Below are positions 18,018 to 27,896 of a stretch of 64,000 nt of DNA, in pieces. The DNA lies in IMG/VR virus record IMGVR_UViG_3300028809_000013, positions 332-64,331 of that record; one strand, given 5' to 3'. The translations under genes and the position numbers were made by a program. This DNA comes from a virus (taxonomy: Duplodnaviria; Caudoviricetes). The stretch's first letter is position 1, and the number at the start of each line of letters is the position of its first letter. The notes under the pieces are model-generated. The model saw only the letters and a program-made list of their open reading frames with translations, made no database searches and was not told the DNA's origin.

Positions 18018-19364
18018 TCACCGTGGGAATTGCGCCAGATTCGCTTCGGGAAGGATCTGCATGATTTCCGCGTCGGATCGCCCCAACTGCCGCAGGCGGG
18101 CCACGGACTGCTCCATGTTCATGCCGGACTGCATGATGTAGGTGCGAGCCTGTTGTGCGTCCCGGCGCGGGAGCGGCCCGTCGCCTACGGGAATCTGCCC
18201 GGCCGTGGCTCCGTTCGCCTGCGCGGTTGTCCTGTTGCCCTGCGTACGGTTCGGCCGCTGTGACGCCCCTGCGCTGGGGCGCGCCTCAGTCCTGTACGAC
18301 CCGTCCGGGCGCAGCACTCCGCTGTCGATGTAGCGCTTCTGCAAATCGTTCAACTGCTCCTGTGCGATGGCGCGGATCTCGCCTTCGGTGAGGCGGACGC
18401 CTTCCGTGCGCGCCCAATCCCGCAGCCTGCCGCGCACGTAGTCCAGTGGCCGCGTGGGCTGCCCGTTGGACATCGTGGGGGCCGCGCCGCCGTGGTCGCC
18501 CGGCCAGTTCAGGATCTCGTAGGCGAAGGACGCCGCGATCCCTTCGGCGGTGTCGCGGGCACGGTCCACGGTGAGCCCGCCGCCCGTGCCCTCCTCCCGG
18601 CGTCTCTCTGCGCGTTCGCGGGCGTCCCTCGCTTCCCTGCGCCCCTCTTCCCGACGGGAGAACTCGTCCGTCAGCTCCAGCTCCGCGCGCTTCTCGGTGA
18701 GCGCCTGCCGCGGCGTGGACGGGATGTTGAGCCCCAGCGCCGCCTGCGTGCCGTAACGGGTCGCCGCGGACTCGTCGTGCCCAGCGGCCAGCGCCGCCCG
18801 GTACGCCTGCTGGAAGCGGTCCCGCTCCTCCGCCTGCTCCCGCTGGCGCCGTACGTCCTCCGTCATCTGTGTGTTGCGGAAGGCGCGGCTCTGCGTGGGG
18901 TCCACCAGCAGGTTGCCGACGCGCCGTACGCCGGGGCGAAGGTGCTGCTCCATGTACGGACGCGTGTTTTCGATGGCGCCGCGCGCATCCGCCAGCAGCG
19001 CCCCCGCCGTGCCCGTGGGGGCCGCGCTCATCGGACCAGCCGGCGCCGGCATGGCCCCGCCGGTGATGGCCGCCAGCGGACCAGCCCGCCGCTGGCTGAC
19101 CGTAGGCACGCTGTCGTAGCCCAGCTCCTCCGGGATCACCCCCAGCTCGTCGTCCTCCAGCGCCATCCGACGCGCGCGGTCTTCCGCGGCGATGCGGTCC
19201 GTCTCCGCCTGCCGTGCCATCAGGGCGGCGCTGCGCTGCTGCTCCTGCTGCATGGCGGCCCGCTGCGCACGCCCCTGCCGGAAGCGGTCGTATCCCTGCA
19301 CCACGCCGGAGGAGAGGGCGCCCGCGAAGTCGTCCCAGCCGGGGCTGATGGGGGCGCGGTACAT
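18018..19364 (-). CDS. Putative internal virion/ejection protein
   Basis: 448 aa Ala/Arg/Gln-rich helical protein between pilot-like and giant genes. Confidence 0.6.
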   Translation of the reverse strand: MYRAPISPGWDDFAGALSSGVVQGYDRFRQGRAQRAAMQQEQQRSAALMARQAETDRIAAEDRARRMALEDDELGVIPEELGYDSVPTVSQRRAGPLAAITGGAMPAPAGPMSAAPTGTAGALLADARGAIENTRPYMEQHLRPGVRRVGNLLVDPTQSRAFRNTQMTEDVRRQREQAEERDRFQQAYRAALAAGHDESAATRYGTQAALGLNIPSTPRQALTEKRAELELTDEFSRREEGRREARDARERAERRREEGTGGGLTVDRARDTAEGIAASFAYEILNWPGDHGGAAPTMSNGQPTRPLDYVRGRLRDWARTEGVRLTEGEIRAIAQEQLNDLQKRYIDSGVLRPDGSYRTEARPSAGASQRPNRTQGNRTTAQANGATAGQIPVGDGPLPRRDAQQARTYIMQSGMNMEQSVARLRQLGRSDAEIMQILPEANLAQFPR

Positions 19365-19984
19365 CAGGGCATCCCCTTGCCGGCGCCGCCCGCCATGCTA
19401 CCCGCGAGCTGGCCAAATCCGCCCGCGAGCTGGCCCCACGCCCGGCGGCGGCTCGCGTCGTTTTCGAGGCGCTGCGCCTCCAGCGTGTTGGCCCGCCCGG
19501 TGATGGCGTCAAGATAACTGCTGTTCAGCCCGGACGCATAGTCGCCGCGCATCCCCAGCAGGTTCATGCGGGCGCTGGCGAGGTTGTCCGCGCCCTGCTG
19601 GCGAATGCGCGCGCGATCCTGCTGCCCCTGCCGGATCGTCTGCTGCGCGTCCCGCAGCCCGAACCCGCTGTACGATGGCGTACGCCCCTGCCCCACCATG
19701 CGCCCCAGCCCGGACGCGTAGGTGCGGGCGAAGTCGTCATCGAAGGCGTCCAGGTTCGCTTCGGTGGACCGCGCGAAGTAGGGCTCCGGGTCGAACGCCT
19801 CCAGATCGCGCTCGAAGCGTCCGCCCATTCCGTTCGCGCGCTGCCCCAGCCCGTAAACGGTGGTGTCGTACATATTGCGGTAACGGCGCTCCTCCGCGCT
19901 TGGCCTGTTGCCACCGCTGAGGGCACCGTAGAGGGCGCTGCCCACGGAGATGGCAGCAGGGATTGCAGCGAGAGGGAAAGGCAT
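19364..19984 (-). CDS. Putative DNA-transfer/pilot (ejection) protein
   Basis: Gly/Ala hydrophobic termini with a Q/R-rich core, typical of podovirus ejection proteins. Confidence 0.6.
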   Translation of the reverse strand: MPFPLAAIPAAISVGSALYGALSGGNRPSAEERRYRNMYDTTVYGLGQRANGMGGRFERDLEAFDPEPYFARSTEANLDAFDDDFARTYASGLGRMVGQGRTPSYSGFGLRDAQQTIRQGQQDRARIRQQGADNLASARMNLLGMRGDYASGLNSSYLDAITGRANTLEAQRLENDASRRRAWGQLAGGFGQLAGSMAGGAGKGMP

Positions 19985-20044
19985 CGGGTGTCCCCTGTGT
20001 GAGATTGCCGGCGATACGCGCAGAACGATGGCGGCCTGTGTGTA

Positions 20045-20093
20045 TTTGGTCGATATCGCCGCCCTTGCGCTACGTATGTATGCGAATTAGATT
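20045..20093 (+). promoter_or_regulatory. TTTGGTCGATA motif plus sigma70-like promoter
   Basis: Motif at 20045-20055; TTGCGC(20065)-N17-TAGATT. Confidence 0.65.
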
Positions 20094-20147
20094 GCGCTGA
20101 GATGCAGGTGGCCAAGGCAGGACACACGCCGCACACGCGAGGAAGGA

Positions 20148-20360
20148 ATGTCAAGTTTGGCGACATGGAACACGGGTGAGGGTCAACTTACGGACGCGAC
20201 AGGGAATGGCAGGCGCGAAACGACAGACCGTAGATTTACCAGCGCCAGATTCGGCCTTAACCATGGCGCGTTTGTAAACCTCTACAACCCCAATAACCCA
20301 CAGCGTGACGCCGATGTTGCTGCTGAGATCGCGAGGGTGCGCGAAAGGATGGGTGTTTGA
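20148..20360 (+). CDS. Hypothetical protein (antisense accessory cassette)
   Basis: GAGGAAGG RBS; follows promoter. Confidence 0.6.
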   Translation: MSSLATWNTGEGQLTDATGNGRRETTDRRFTSARFGLNHGAFVNLYNPNNPQRDADVAAEIARVRERMGV

Positions 20361-20587
20361 TGCCTGAGAACCAGAAGCGACACTTCATCGTCACGCCGGT
20401 CAACGATTTCCACTTCGGCTGGACGGCGTACGTGCTGGGCCTGCCGCGCCCGGTGGGAGGGGCGGCGAGAGAGGGATGGGATGTAGCAGCACAGTGGCCG
20501 TGGACGAATACCATGCATCATGTTGCCATGCCCAAAAATGGACCATTCGCTGTTCAGATCGTGGAGTCGGACGATGCCGATTCCTGA
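20357..20587 (+). CDS. Hypothetical protein
   Basis: Coupled ORF. Confidence 0.55.
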   Translation: MMPENQKRHFIVTPVNDFHFGWTAYVLGLPRPVGGAAREGWDVAAQWPWTNTMHHVAMPKNGPFAVQIVESDDADS

Positions 20588-20768
20588 CGGTACTCACGTA
20601 ATCGCGCGCTTTGGAGAACTTTCCGCCAAACTGGACTTCAAGGTCGTTCTGGTTTGCGGCCAGAACGCCACGCACTATGATGTGATGACGGAGGACGGGG
20701 AGCATTTCGCGGTGCCGTGGCGGAAATTGGAGGCGGACAACCCCGGCGCGGTGCAGGGCACGTCATGA
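20574..20768 (+). CDS. Hypothetical protein
   Basis: GGAG RBS; overlapping ORF. Confidence 0.55.
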   Translation: MPIPDGTHVIARFGELSAKLDFKVVLVCGQNATHYDVMTEDGEHFAVPWRKLEADNPGAVQGTS

Positions 20769-20932
20769 AACCCCACCTGTGCGCCAACTGCAACAAGCAC
20801 AAGGCGCTGTTCTGCACCAGTAAGGACAGGCGCCGCCGGGCGAAGCGGGACCACGAACTCTGCCAACGCTGCTGGCGTGCGGCGGCGAACCGGCTCAGTG
20901 CAGCGATACTGGTACTCGGTGTGATGCTCTAA
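20765..20932 (+). CDS. Small Cys-rich basic protein
   Basis: ATGA overlap; CxxC...CxxC. Confidence 0.5.
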   Translation: MKPHLCANCNKHKALFCTSKDRRRRAKRDHELCQRCWRAAANRLSAAILVLGVML

Positions 20933-21426
20933 GCCGGAATCCTGACCTCTCCTGTCTCCTCCACCTCAACCCACGCCGCGTCCACGGCCACGTCGCTGCC
21001 GGGCCATTCCAGCTCCAGTTGGAAGTTGGTGCCGGAGGGCACGTCCTTCCCCACCTCCACCAAGCCGCGGAAGCGGGGTACGGCGAATGCGACCTCGTAG
21101 GTGCGGCGGACGCGGGAGGGCGGGTTGCCCGGATCGGTGACGGGCTCCAAGGAAAGCTGAATCGTGTCCTCCGTCACCTCCGCGTCGTCCACGATGGCGC
21201 GCACGGTCAGGTCCACGCTGTCCGCGGCCATGGGATCGGACGCCTCCACCCGGTGCGCCAGCGTCAGGTACACGGCAAACCACATGCGCTCGTCGGTGTC
21301 GTCGGGCACTACAGGATTGGAGCGGACACGGGCCGTGTACTCCTCGCCAGCGTCCGTGTAGCCTTCACCGCAGGCGAGAACGCCATCGTCCTCCGCCTGC
21401 CCGAAGAAAAGACCGGGGATGCTCAT
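20929..21426 (-). CDS. Putative tail/virion protein
   Basis: Acidic beta-rich 165 aa protein in the tail module. Confidence 0.55.
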   Translation of the reverse strand: MSIPGLFFGQAEDDGVLACGEGYTDAGEEYTARVRSNPVVPDDTDERMWFAVYLTLAHRVEASDPMAADSVDLTVRAIVDDAEVTEDTIQLSLEPVTDPGNPPSRVRRTYEVAFAVPRFRGLVEVGKDVPSGTNFQLELEWPGSDVAVDAAWVEVEETGEVRIPA

Positions 21427-22298
21427 GGCCGCCTCCGGGCGGTAAGTGCCTCCGCAGGCTTGGGGACGCGGCGCGGCTCATACGTCTCCGGATCATAGTA
21501 CAACCGGTCGTAAATCTCGAACGGCTGTCCCACGACCTTATCCGCCAGCGGCACGCGGTCCAGATCGTAGCGGTCATAGAGGGAGATGTACGTCCCCTCC
21601 TCGTCCTCGCCGTGGTCCAGCGTGAAATTGGCGAGCAGTCCGGTGGACTGATTGACGCCCTGTTCAAAAATGTCGTCTCCCGCGATACGCACCGGCCCAG
21701 CTTCGGTCGCGTCTAGCATCATGCGTACCGCCCGGCGGGCAGGGTCGGCAATACTCGGGCGCGGGCGGATGTAGTGCATGCCCCGATCCTGCTCGCCGTA
21801 GCTTCCCGTAAGCGGAATGGACGCAGTGGAGAGCATGGCGTCCCATATGCGGGGAGCGCGTACGTACACACCCTTCTCCCGTGCATTGGTCGGGTTGTAC
21901 GGGCTGGGCTCCAGCGAGCGGTTCGGCTGCGGCAGCCCCAAGTAGCGGGCGAATCCATCGATGGATTCCTTGTTTACAGGATCGATGGGAGAATTCTGCC
22001 ACTCGTTGAACCCGATGTTGTCCGCCACCCGCCCGAGGGCGCGCTTGGCGGGGCGGTTGCCGTAATAGTCCCCGTCCGTCGCGTCGATGTTGTTGAATAT
22101 GCGCTCTGCCGCGCGCTGGGGTAGCGGACCACCGACGCTGCTGATGGCGCCGAGCTGGAACGGGTTGTCCCGGCCACCCTCCAGCGAGGGGTGCATCTCC
22201 TTCGGCCGTGGCTCGTTGGTGGAGAGCACGCGGGTGATGGCGTCCGCCAGACTGCGGCGGCGGGGTGGATTCTTGTCGGATCTGACGGGTGGCTTCAT
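21423..22298 (-). CDS. Hypothetical protein (291 aa)
   Basis: AGGAG RBS-like sequence; coupled to the next gene. Confidence 0.7.
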   Translation of the reverse strand: MKPPVRSDKNPPRRRSLADAITRVLSTNEPRPKEMHPSLEGGRDNPFQLGAISSVGGPLPQRAAERIFNNIDATDGDYYGNRPAKRALGRVADNIGFNEWQNSPIDPVNKESIDGFARYLGLPQPNRSLEPSPYNPTNAREKGVYVRAPRIWDAMLSTASIPLTGSYGEQDRGMHYIRPRPSIADPARRAVRMMLDATEAGPVRIAGDDIFEQGVNQSTGLLANFTLDHGEDEEGTYISLYDRYDLDRVPLADKVVGQPFEIYDRLYYDPETYEPRRVPKPAEALTARRRP

Positions 22299-22303
22299 GG
22301 ACC

Positions 22304-22332
22304 TTGCGTTCTCCTGTAGGACAAGTTAGTTT
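22304..22332 (+). promoter_or_regulatory. Sigma70-like promoter for the structured ncRNA
   Basis: TTGCGT-N17-TAGTTT. Confidence 0.55.
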
Positions 22333-22338
22333 GATTCG

Positions 22339-22750
22339 CGGGTGGGGCTTCAGCATGCACGAAGGCGACCTAAAACGCCGTATGGGGCATGGCGCAGTTT
22401 GGTGAACTGGACGCGGGACGCCGGAAGGTGCCCAAAACAACATCACCACACCTCAATTATTCTGTCGCCGGTCTGTCGTAAAGCAGCTTCGGCTGCTCCC
22501 CAAGCCAGCCTGCGTTCCATTGGTGGCGCAAGGGAGCGCTTCTCACGGGAGCGTTCGGTTGACGGGCCGGCGACATCATTTTATCATACACCTCAACCGT
22601 GGGTCGCCACGCTACCCTGTGCAGGCGACATCTGGCCCAGCGCTCTATACAACGCGGCTGAACGAGGTGTGAAAGCACCGAAACGGGGGACTACTGTCTC
22701 TCGTCCCGCGGAGTGGCCCCTGCTGGGGAATAACTGGCCACCAGGGGTAG
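22339..22750 (+). ncRNA. Candidate large structured ncRNA of unknown family
   Basis: Gap with no convincing gene, bounded by promoter and terminator; 16-bp helix 22463-22478/22560-22575 with G-U pairs; cUUCGg hairpin 22482-22497; 9-bp long-range pair 22412-22420/22702-22710. Confidence 0.65.
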
Positions 22751-22751
22751 C

Positions 22752-22793
22752 ACACTCACCCCACCAACAGAAAATTGTTGGTGGGGTGAGTGT
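22752..22793. terminator. 18-bp hairpin between convergent units
   Basis: ACACTCACCCCACCAACA-GAAAAT-TGTTGGTGGGGTGAGTGT. Confidence 0.7.
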
Positions 22794-24911
22794 TTACGGG
22801 CAACTGTTGAACGCCGTCTCGTCCACGGCGATCCGCACCGCGACGCTGGGCAGCACCGCCCACTCCCCGTTGTCCGTGACCGTGAACGCCGTCTGGTTGT
22901 GCCGCGCGCGGACGTCGAATTCCGCCATGATCTCCGATCCATCCTCGCTCATGGCGCTGTCCTTCTGCACCGTGTGGCTGACGGTGACGGCATCCGCCGC
23001 TGTGGTGCCGCGCGTGGCGTACACGGACGCGCAAAGGTACTGGTCCTCCACCGTCGTGGTCGCCCCCGAATTTGGCGCGTCCCACTGGAGGGTGTAGATG
23101 TAGTAGTCCGCCGGATACGTGGGGCTGGCGATGATCTGTTCCAGCCCGGTCGGTGCGTTGGGGCCGATCCAGCGTGCGTAGCCGGAGGACGCCGGCCCGG
23201 TGGTCAGGTCGGGGTAGCGGTGGCGCACGAAGTAGTATACGGTCGTCTCGCCCGTGCCCGGTGCGTCGTCGTTGTAGGTGCCGCTGGAGCCGGACGCGGT
23301 GTGGATGAGCGTGGCGGTGCCCGCGTCGTTGGTCGTGTTGCGGAGGATCTGCACGACGAAGGCGCCCGCGTACGTCACCGCCACGCGCTCCACGCTCATG
23401 CTCTGGCGGCTCCAGACCAGCGAAGTGATGCTGGGGGCCGGGGTGGCAACCGTGAACGCGCCCTGCGACACGGCCGGCCACGTGTCCGGCGCGCCGGTGT
23501 AGTCGTACGTGGGCTGCCCCGTCACGGTCCCGGCGGCGGAGTACAGGCCGTCGCGCTTGTAGCGGATCGCCAGCTCGTAATCCCCGGCGTACAGCCCATC
23601 CACCGTGACCTCCGGCGCGAGCGAGATGGACGCGGTGGCGGTAGGCGAGGCACCCCACGCGTCCCCGTCCCGCCGCAGCCACACTTCCACCGTCTCGTCT
23701 CCCTCCGGGCTCACGTCGTCCCACGCAATCGTGTAGGAGTCGGTGTCCTCGGCGGTGGCGCTCACGAAGTCCGGATAGCCGCGGCTCGCGCCCTCGTACC
23801 CGGTGCGGGCGTAGAGGATGGCGCCACAGTGCACCGGCGTGGCGAGTCGGGCGTAACTCCACTGCTGGTACTCCAGCGTGTAGGAATAGGCGTTGGCGCC
23901 GAAGACGAAATGCACCACGCGCTCGCGGGGCTGGTACACGGCGAACCCATCGTCCAGCAACCCCGCGGCGGCGATGTCGAACGGCGTGGGCCACGGATAC
24001 AGCCCCAGCGGCCATGCGATGTTCTGCGACACCCCGCCGCGGCTCTCGCGCGGTCCCTCCAACGACCAGAACCAGTCCGTCGCCCCGTCCGTCACCACCA
24101 GCCGGGGCGCTGCCAGCCCGTGCAGCGCCTCCACCTGCGACGGACCGCCGAAGTTGTCAAAGTTGTCGCCAGTGACGACGAACGTCTCCGTCTGCTTGCG
24201 CGCCAGCAGCGCCCCGCCCAGCCCCACCTGCGACGGCAGGCAGGCGAGCACCGCGTCCCCCGCCTGCCCCGCCTTCAGCCATGCGTCTTCCTGGAAGGTG
24301 AGCGGGTCCGCGATGTCGGAGATGCGGATCATGTGGGGATCGTCCACCAGATTGGTGCCGAAACCCCAACCGACGAGGTAGTCCAGCCACGCACACACCC
24401 CGCGGAAGCGCAGGTAGTTGCCCGTCTCCCCCGCCCACGCCGCGCTGAGGGGCACGACGGTACCCGCGTCCAGGTCCACGACGACCGTGGGCGCCCGGCG
24501 GTCCACGCTGGGCTCATCATGGGCAAGGATGACGTAGGGGCCACTCTGCGTGGCGATGACGCGGGCCTTCTCCACCGACTCGCACGGATCTACCCACGTC
24601 GCGAGCAGCGCCGCGTCGCGCCCGCTACCTGTGCCGGCCCACACCTCCAGCCGGTGATCGCTCTGTCCCGGCGTCCCGAAGGCCGCCACGAAGACGCTAC
24701 GGAGCGTGCTGCGATCGGGGTGCATGCCGGCCACGTAGGTGCAGCCGCCTAGGTTGCTGCGCAGCTCTCCCATCCCCTTGCGCGGCGCCACCCGGCCCCG
24801 GAGCAGGACGACGTTGTCCGCCACCTCCAGGGTCGCAGGCGTAACCGCGCTGGAACCGGACTGGCGGTCTACGCCGCCGCCAAAGACGATGGGGAGCGCG
24901 GCGCGGCTCAT
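22794..24911 (-). CDS. Tail tubular/nozzle (stabilisation) protein with C-terminal FN3-like repeats
   Basis: N-terminal FGGGVD...A.NV...G...RKG, beta-propeller-like body with IRISD..DP..F, Thr-rich beta C-terminus. Confidence 0.7.
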   Translation of the reverse strand: MSRAALPIVFGGGVDRQSGSSAVTPATLEVADNVVLLRGRVAPRKGMGELRSNLGGCTYVAGMHPDRSTLRSVFVAAFGTPGQSDHRLEVWAGTGSGRDAALLATWVDPCESVEKARVIATQSGPYVILAHDEPSVDRRAPTVVVDLDAGTVVPLSAAWAGETGNYLRFRGVCAWLDYLVGWGFGTNLVDDPHMIRISDIADPLTFQEDAWLKAGQAGDAVLACLPSQVGLGGALLARKQTETFVVTGDNFDNFGGPSQVEALHGLAAPRLVVTDGATDWFWSLEGPRESRGGVSQNIAWPLGLYPWPTPFDIAAAGLLDDGFAVYQPRERVVHFVFGANAYSYTLEYQQWSYARLATPVHCGAILYARTGYEGASRGYPDFVSATAEDTDSYTIAWDDVSPEGDETVEVWLRRDGDAWGASPTATASISLAPEVTVDGLYAGDYELAIRYKRDGLYSAAGTVTGQPTYDYTGAPDTWPAVSQGAFTVATPAPSITSLVWSRQSMSVERVAVTYAGAFVVQILRNTTNDAGTATLIHTASGSSGTYNDDAPGTGETTVYYFVRHRYPDLTTGPASSGYARWIGPNAPTGLEQIIASPTYPADYYIYTLQWDAPNSGATTTVEDQYLCASVYATRGTTAADAVTVSHTVQKDSAMSEDGSEIMAEFDVRARHNQTAFTVTDNGEWAVLPSVAVRIAVDETAFNSCP

Positions 24912-25135
24912 GAGGTGTGATTCTCCTTGGAGACGACGGCGTAGGTGTCGAAGTTGATCGCCAGATCAGTCCGCCCGCCCAAGGCCAGCGCTCCCGCCCG
25001 CAGCATGCGTTGGGCGGCGCGGTCGCGGGCCTGTGTGGCTTCCGCCAGTTCCGCCTGCGCCTGTTCGTACTCACGCACGAAGGGGGCAAGCAGCGCAATC
25101 TGCTCCGGCGTCAACTGTGTGGTGTCGTCGCTCAT
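24908..25135 (-). CDS. Small coiled-coil protein (possible fibre chaperone)
   Basis: Coupled ORF in the tail module. Confidence 0.55.
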   Translation of the reverse strand: MSDDTTQLTPEQIALLAPFVREYEQAQAELAEATQARDRAAQRMLRAGALALGGRTDLAINFDTYAVVSKENHTS

Positions 25136-25138
25136 GGA

Positions 25139-25522
25139 TCAGTTGATGACTCCGAAGACCATGCCCGCCCACTCCACCTGCTGCGTGGTGCCGGCCTGGA
25201 TGTAGAGCCCCACCTTGCCGGCGCCGTTCGGCTCCAGCGTAGCGACGGCGCCCAGCAGCGGAGAGAGCAGCGGGGCCAGCACTCCGCCCAGCAGCGTAAG
25301 CACCGCGTCCACCACGGGCGTTCCCGTGGGGTTGGAAACCGAAGCCATGCGCTGGATGCCCGCCCCGGCACCGCTGGACATGATCCGGCCGTCCACGATC
25401 ATCGTGAGCGTGGCGTGCGAGCCGGTGGGCACCTCCACGTCGCAGATCCACGTCTTGGTGTTGCTGGACGTGATGACAACGCCGGACGCGAAGCCGCCGG
25501 GAGAAAAGGATCGCTGACTCAT
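25139..25522 (-). CDS. Tail-associated protein
   Basis: Beta-rich 127 aa protein coupled to the fibre gene. Confidence 0.55.
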   Translation of the reverse strand: MSQRSFSPGGFASGVVITSSNTKTWICDVEVPTGSHATLTMIVDGRIMSSGAGAGIQRMASVSNPTGTPVVDAVLTLLGGVLAPLLSPLLGAVATLEPNGAGKVGLYIQAGTTQQVEWAGMVFGVIN

Positions 25523-27039
25523 GCTGCCTTGGTGGTGAGGATGTACGGACGCGGCCCCAGCTCATTGGCGAGGCAGTTGATACAGAAGGCGAGATAGCCG
25601 TAGGTGGCGTGCTCCCACTCCAACATATAGTCCGTATCGCACACGGGACAGTGGGGCTCGGCGGTCCCGAAGGTGGTCACGGTGCCACTCGGCCCCCGCC
25701 ACTTCCCCGCGCCGGCCTGTGCGTACAGGATGCCGCCGGAACTGGGGTTGGTGGTGGGGACGGTCCCCGCGTTGCCCACGAACGCCACCTTTACCCCGCC
25801 GCCGTAGGAGCCGGTGCCGAACAGGGATAGATTGCCCTGATTGGTGATGCGCATCTGTTCGGACAGCGTGCCGGCCAGCATCGTCCAGAACGTCATGTGG
25901 CCGTCGTCCTCGCCGGTGTCCACGTTGACGAACCCGATGCGGGCGATCTCTCGCGGCGTGGCGGAGCCGGCCCACTGCGACACCGTCCCCACCTGCGTGT
26001 CCGAGGGGATGGAGTCGGAGTCGTAGGCAAGCTGTAGCGACGGGATGCTGGACGAGTTGCGGTAGACGGTGAGCGCGCGCACGCTGCCGCCGAGATTCTG
26101 GCTCGTACCCCCAAGACTCACCCCGGCGCTGTTCCACGCTCCAGCCGTAGTACCTGGTAGGCGCGCATACGCGAGATTGCCGCTGGACAAATCACCCGCG
26201 CTGCGGGTGGCGAGATCGGCCAGACTGCTCCCCGTCTTGCTGATTTTCGCCCACGCAATCGCCGCCGATGCGTCGATGTTGGCGTTGGCGACGAGCCCCC
26301 ACGAAGGCGTACCCCCACTGACCCGCAGTACGTCGTTTTCGCTGCCGGCCGTCAGGTCGCTTACGTCCATCGTGCCGGTGTGGTTGGCACGGTCCAGATA
26401 ATGGGTGCCGTGCTGACCGTCCAGCTTGTCCGCGTCGAAGTTGGTGTTGAGTCCCGACGACGACGGGATGTTGCCCAACGGCACTTCCCCGAAGCTCAAA
26501 CCCACGAATTCCATCGGCCCAAAAGCCCGCAGCCCCGCCACCAGCGCTCCGGCGTTGAAGGACGCCTCCGAATCCGTGACTGCCAGCCCGGCCAGCGTAG
26601 CGTCTCCGTATAGCTTGCCGGCGTCCAGCATCCCGGCGATGCTGTCCAGGTCCAGCGCATCGCCGCCGCCGCTCTCGTGCGAGATGGCGTGCGCCGTAGG
26701 ATCGCGGTCATCGGTGAGGCGAGGATCGCCTTCCAGAATGATGTCGTCGGTGATGCCGTATCCGGCCAGCGTCGTGGGCGTGCCGGTGATGTCACCCCAC
26801 GCGACCGTGCCTCCGCCACCTCCTGCCGGCAGGGTGATGGCCTCGCCGCCAACCCACCCCCGCAGTTCCACGGGGTCCAGGTCGGTGCGCAGCCACAGCT
26901 CACCCTCTCGTGGCTCCGCCGGGTCCGCCGTCAGGCCGCCGTGGTAGTACAGGCTCTCATAGAGCAGGATCAGGTCCGGATCGCCCAGCCCCGTGACCGG
27001 GTGCCGCGGCAATGCGGTACGCCCGCGACCGCGGCTCAT
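25519..27039 (-). CDS. Tail fibre protein
   Basis: W.DITG.PTTLAGYGITD, DPRLTD.R.P..HA.SH..GG.D, DADKLDG and RANHTGT fibre motifs. Confidence 0.85.
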   Translation of the reverse strand: MSRGRGRTALPRHPVTGLGDPDLILLYESLYYHGGLTADPAEPREGELWLRTDLDPVELRGWVGGEAITLPAGGGGGTVAWGDITGTPTTLAGYGITDDIILEGDPRLTDDRDPTAHAISHESGGGDALDLDSIAGMLDAGKLYGDATLAGLAVTDSEASFNAGALVAGLRAFGPMEFVGLSFGEVPLGNIPSSSGLNTNFDADKLDGQHGTHYLDRANHTGTMDVSDLTAGSENDVLRVSGGTPSWGLVANANIDASAAIAWAKISKTGSSLADLATRSAGDLSSGNLAYARLPGTTAGAWNSAGVSLGGTSQNLGGSVRALTVYRNSSSIPSLQLAYDSDSIPSDTQVGTVSQWAGSATPREIARIGFVNVDTGEDDGHMTFWTMLAGTLSEQMRITNQGNLSLFGTGSYGGGVKVAFVGNAGTVPTTNPSSGGILYAQAGAGKWRGPSGTVTTFGTAEPHCPVCDTDYMLEWEHATYGYLAFCINCLANELGPRPYILTTKAA

Positions 27040-27136
27040 CCGATGAACGCGTGTTCGTCGAGCCAGTCCTGCACCTGACGTGGCTTACGCCGCAGCAGCG
27101 CGGCGAAAAGGGCGCGGGACAGGCGGCGCAGATACT

Positions 27137-27550
27137 TCATGGCTGTGCCCGTACCCCCGGCGGGTCGTAGTAGGTGGGATTGGGCAGGAACTCGAAGCAG
27201 GCGGACGGGTCGCGCTGCTCCGCCATCCGCTTCAAGGCGCAGGTCTGCGCACGGTCCTCCTGGTTCTCCTCGTCCAGATGCGCGGCGAAAGCGGCCCGCA
27301 ACTGCCGCTGCTGCACGGCCAGCGTGTCCTGTCTCGCCTGTAGCGCGCGCTGCTGGCGGGGAAAGTCACGCAGGGTCGCGCCGGTGGAGACGATGAAGAT
27401 CATCGTAAGGCCGATGCTGGACGCGGCGCCGATCACCACCTTGCCCCAGCGGGCGGCGCGCTCTGCTGCCAACAGCGTGCGCTCTTCCGGCGGCAACAGC
27501 GATTCCGGCGTACGCCTGCGGCCCTCTGTCCTTGGTGTGGTTGGGCTCAT
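27137..27550 (-). CDS. Membrane-anchored coiled-coil protein (possible lysis component)
   Basis: One TM helix, coiled coil, two C-terminal Cys. Confidence 0.5.
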   Translation of the reverse strand: MSPTTPRTEGRRRTPESLLPPEERTLLAAERAARWGKVVIGAASSIGLTMIFIVSTGATLRDFPRQQRALQARQDTLAVQQRQLRAAFAAHLDEENQEDRAQTCALKRMAEQRDPSACFEFLPNPTYYDPPGVRAQP

Positions 27551-27614
27551 GGGTAGGCGTTGAGATGAGTCGTAATGGCATGAAGTACAGCAACAGGATG
27601 CAACTGTGTGTGTT

Positions 27615-27666
27615 TTTGGTCGATAGTGACAAAAGGATTGACTTCGCACCCTTTCGGCCTAAATAT
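27615..27666 (+). promoter_or_regulatory. TTTGGTCGATA motif plus weak sigma70-like promoter
   Basis: Motif at 27615-27625; TTGACT(27638)-N17-AAATAT. Confidence 0.5.
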
Positions 27667-27707
27667 CCCACAACGCTGTCAACCTGCACCCTTTAAGGGG
27701 ACACTCC

Positions 27708-27896
27708 ATGCCCACCGTACAGGTACGCCACGTCACGCAACGCACCCTGCATCATCAGGAAGCGGGCACGTCTTCTTCGAGCACGATCCATCTGGAGTCG
27801 GAGGACGGGACCGTTCACATCCGCCTTATCGGCTCCGATCCGGAAGCCTATCCGGCCGGGGCGAGCTTCGAGGTAAGCATCACTCCAGCAGACTAA
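27708..27896 (+). CDS. Hypothetical protein
   Basis: AAGGGG RBS; follows promoter. Confidence 0.55.
   Translation: MPTVQVRHVTQRTLHHQEAGTSSSSTIHLESEDGTVHIRLIGSDPEAYPAGASFEVSITPAD

Noticed and set aside
22339-22750. tmRNA, RNase P RNA or group I/II intron
   Set aside because: No T-arm with matching acceptor end, no GAGGAAAGTCC, no recognisable intron core or domain V. The short frame ending NYSVAGLS* is only weakly tag-like.
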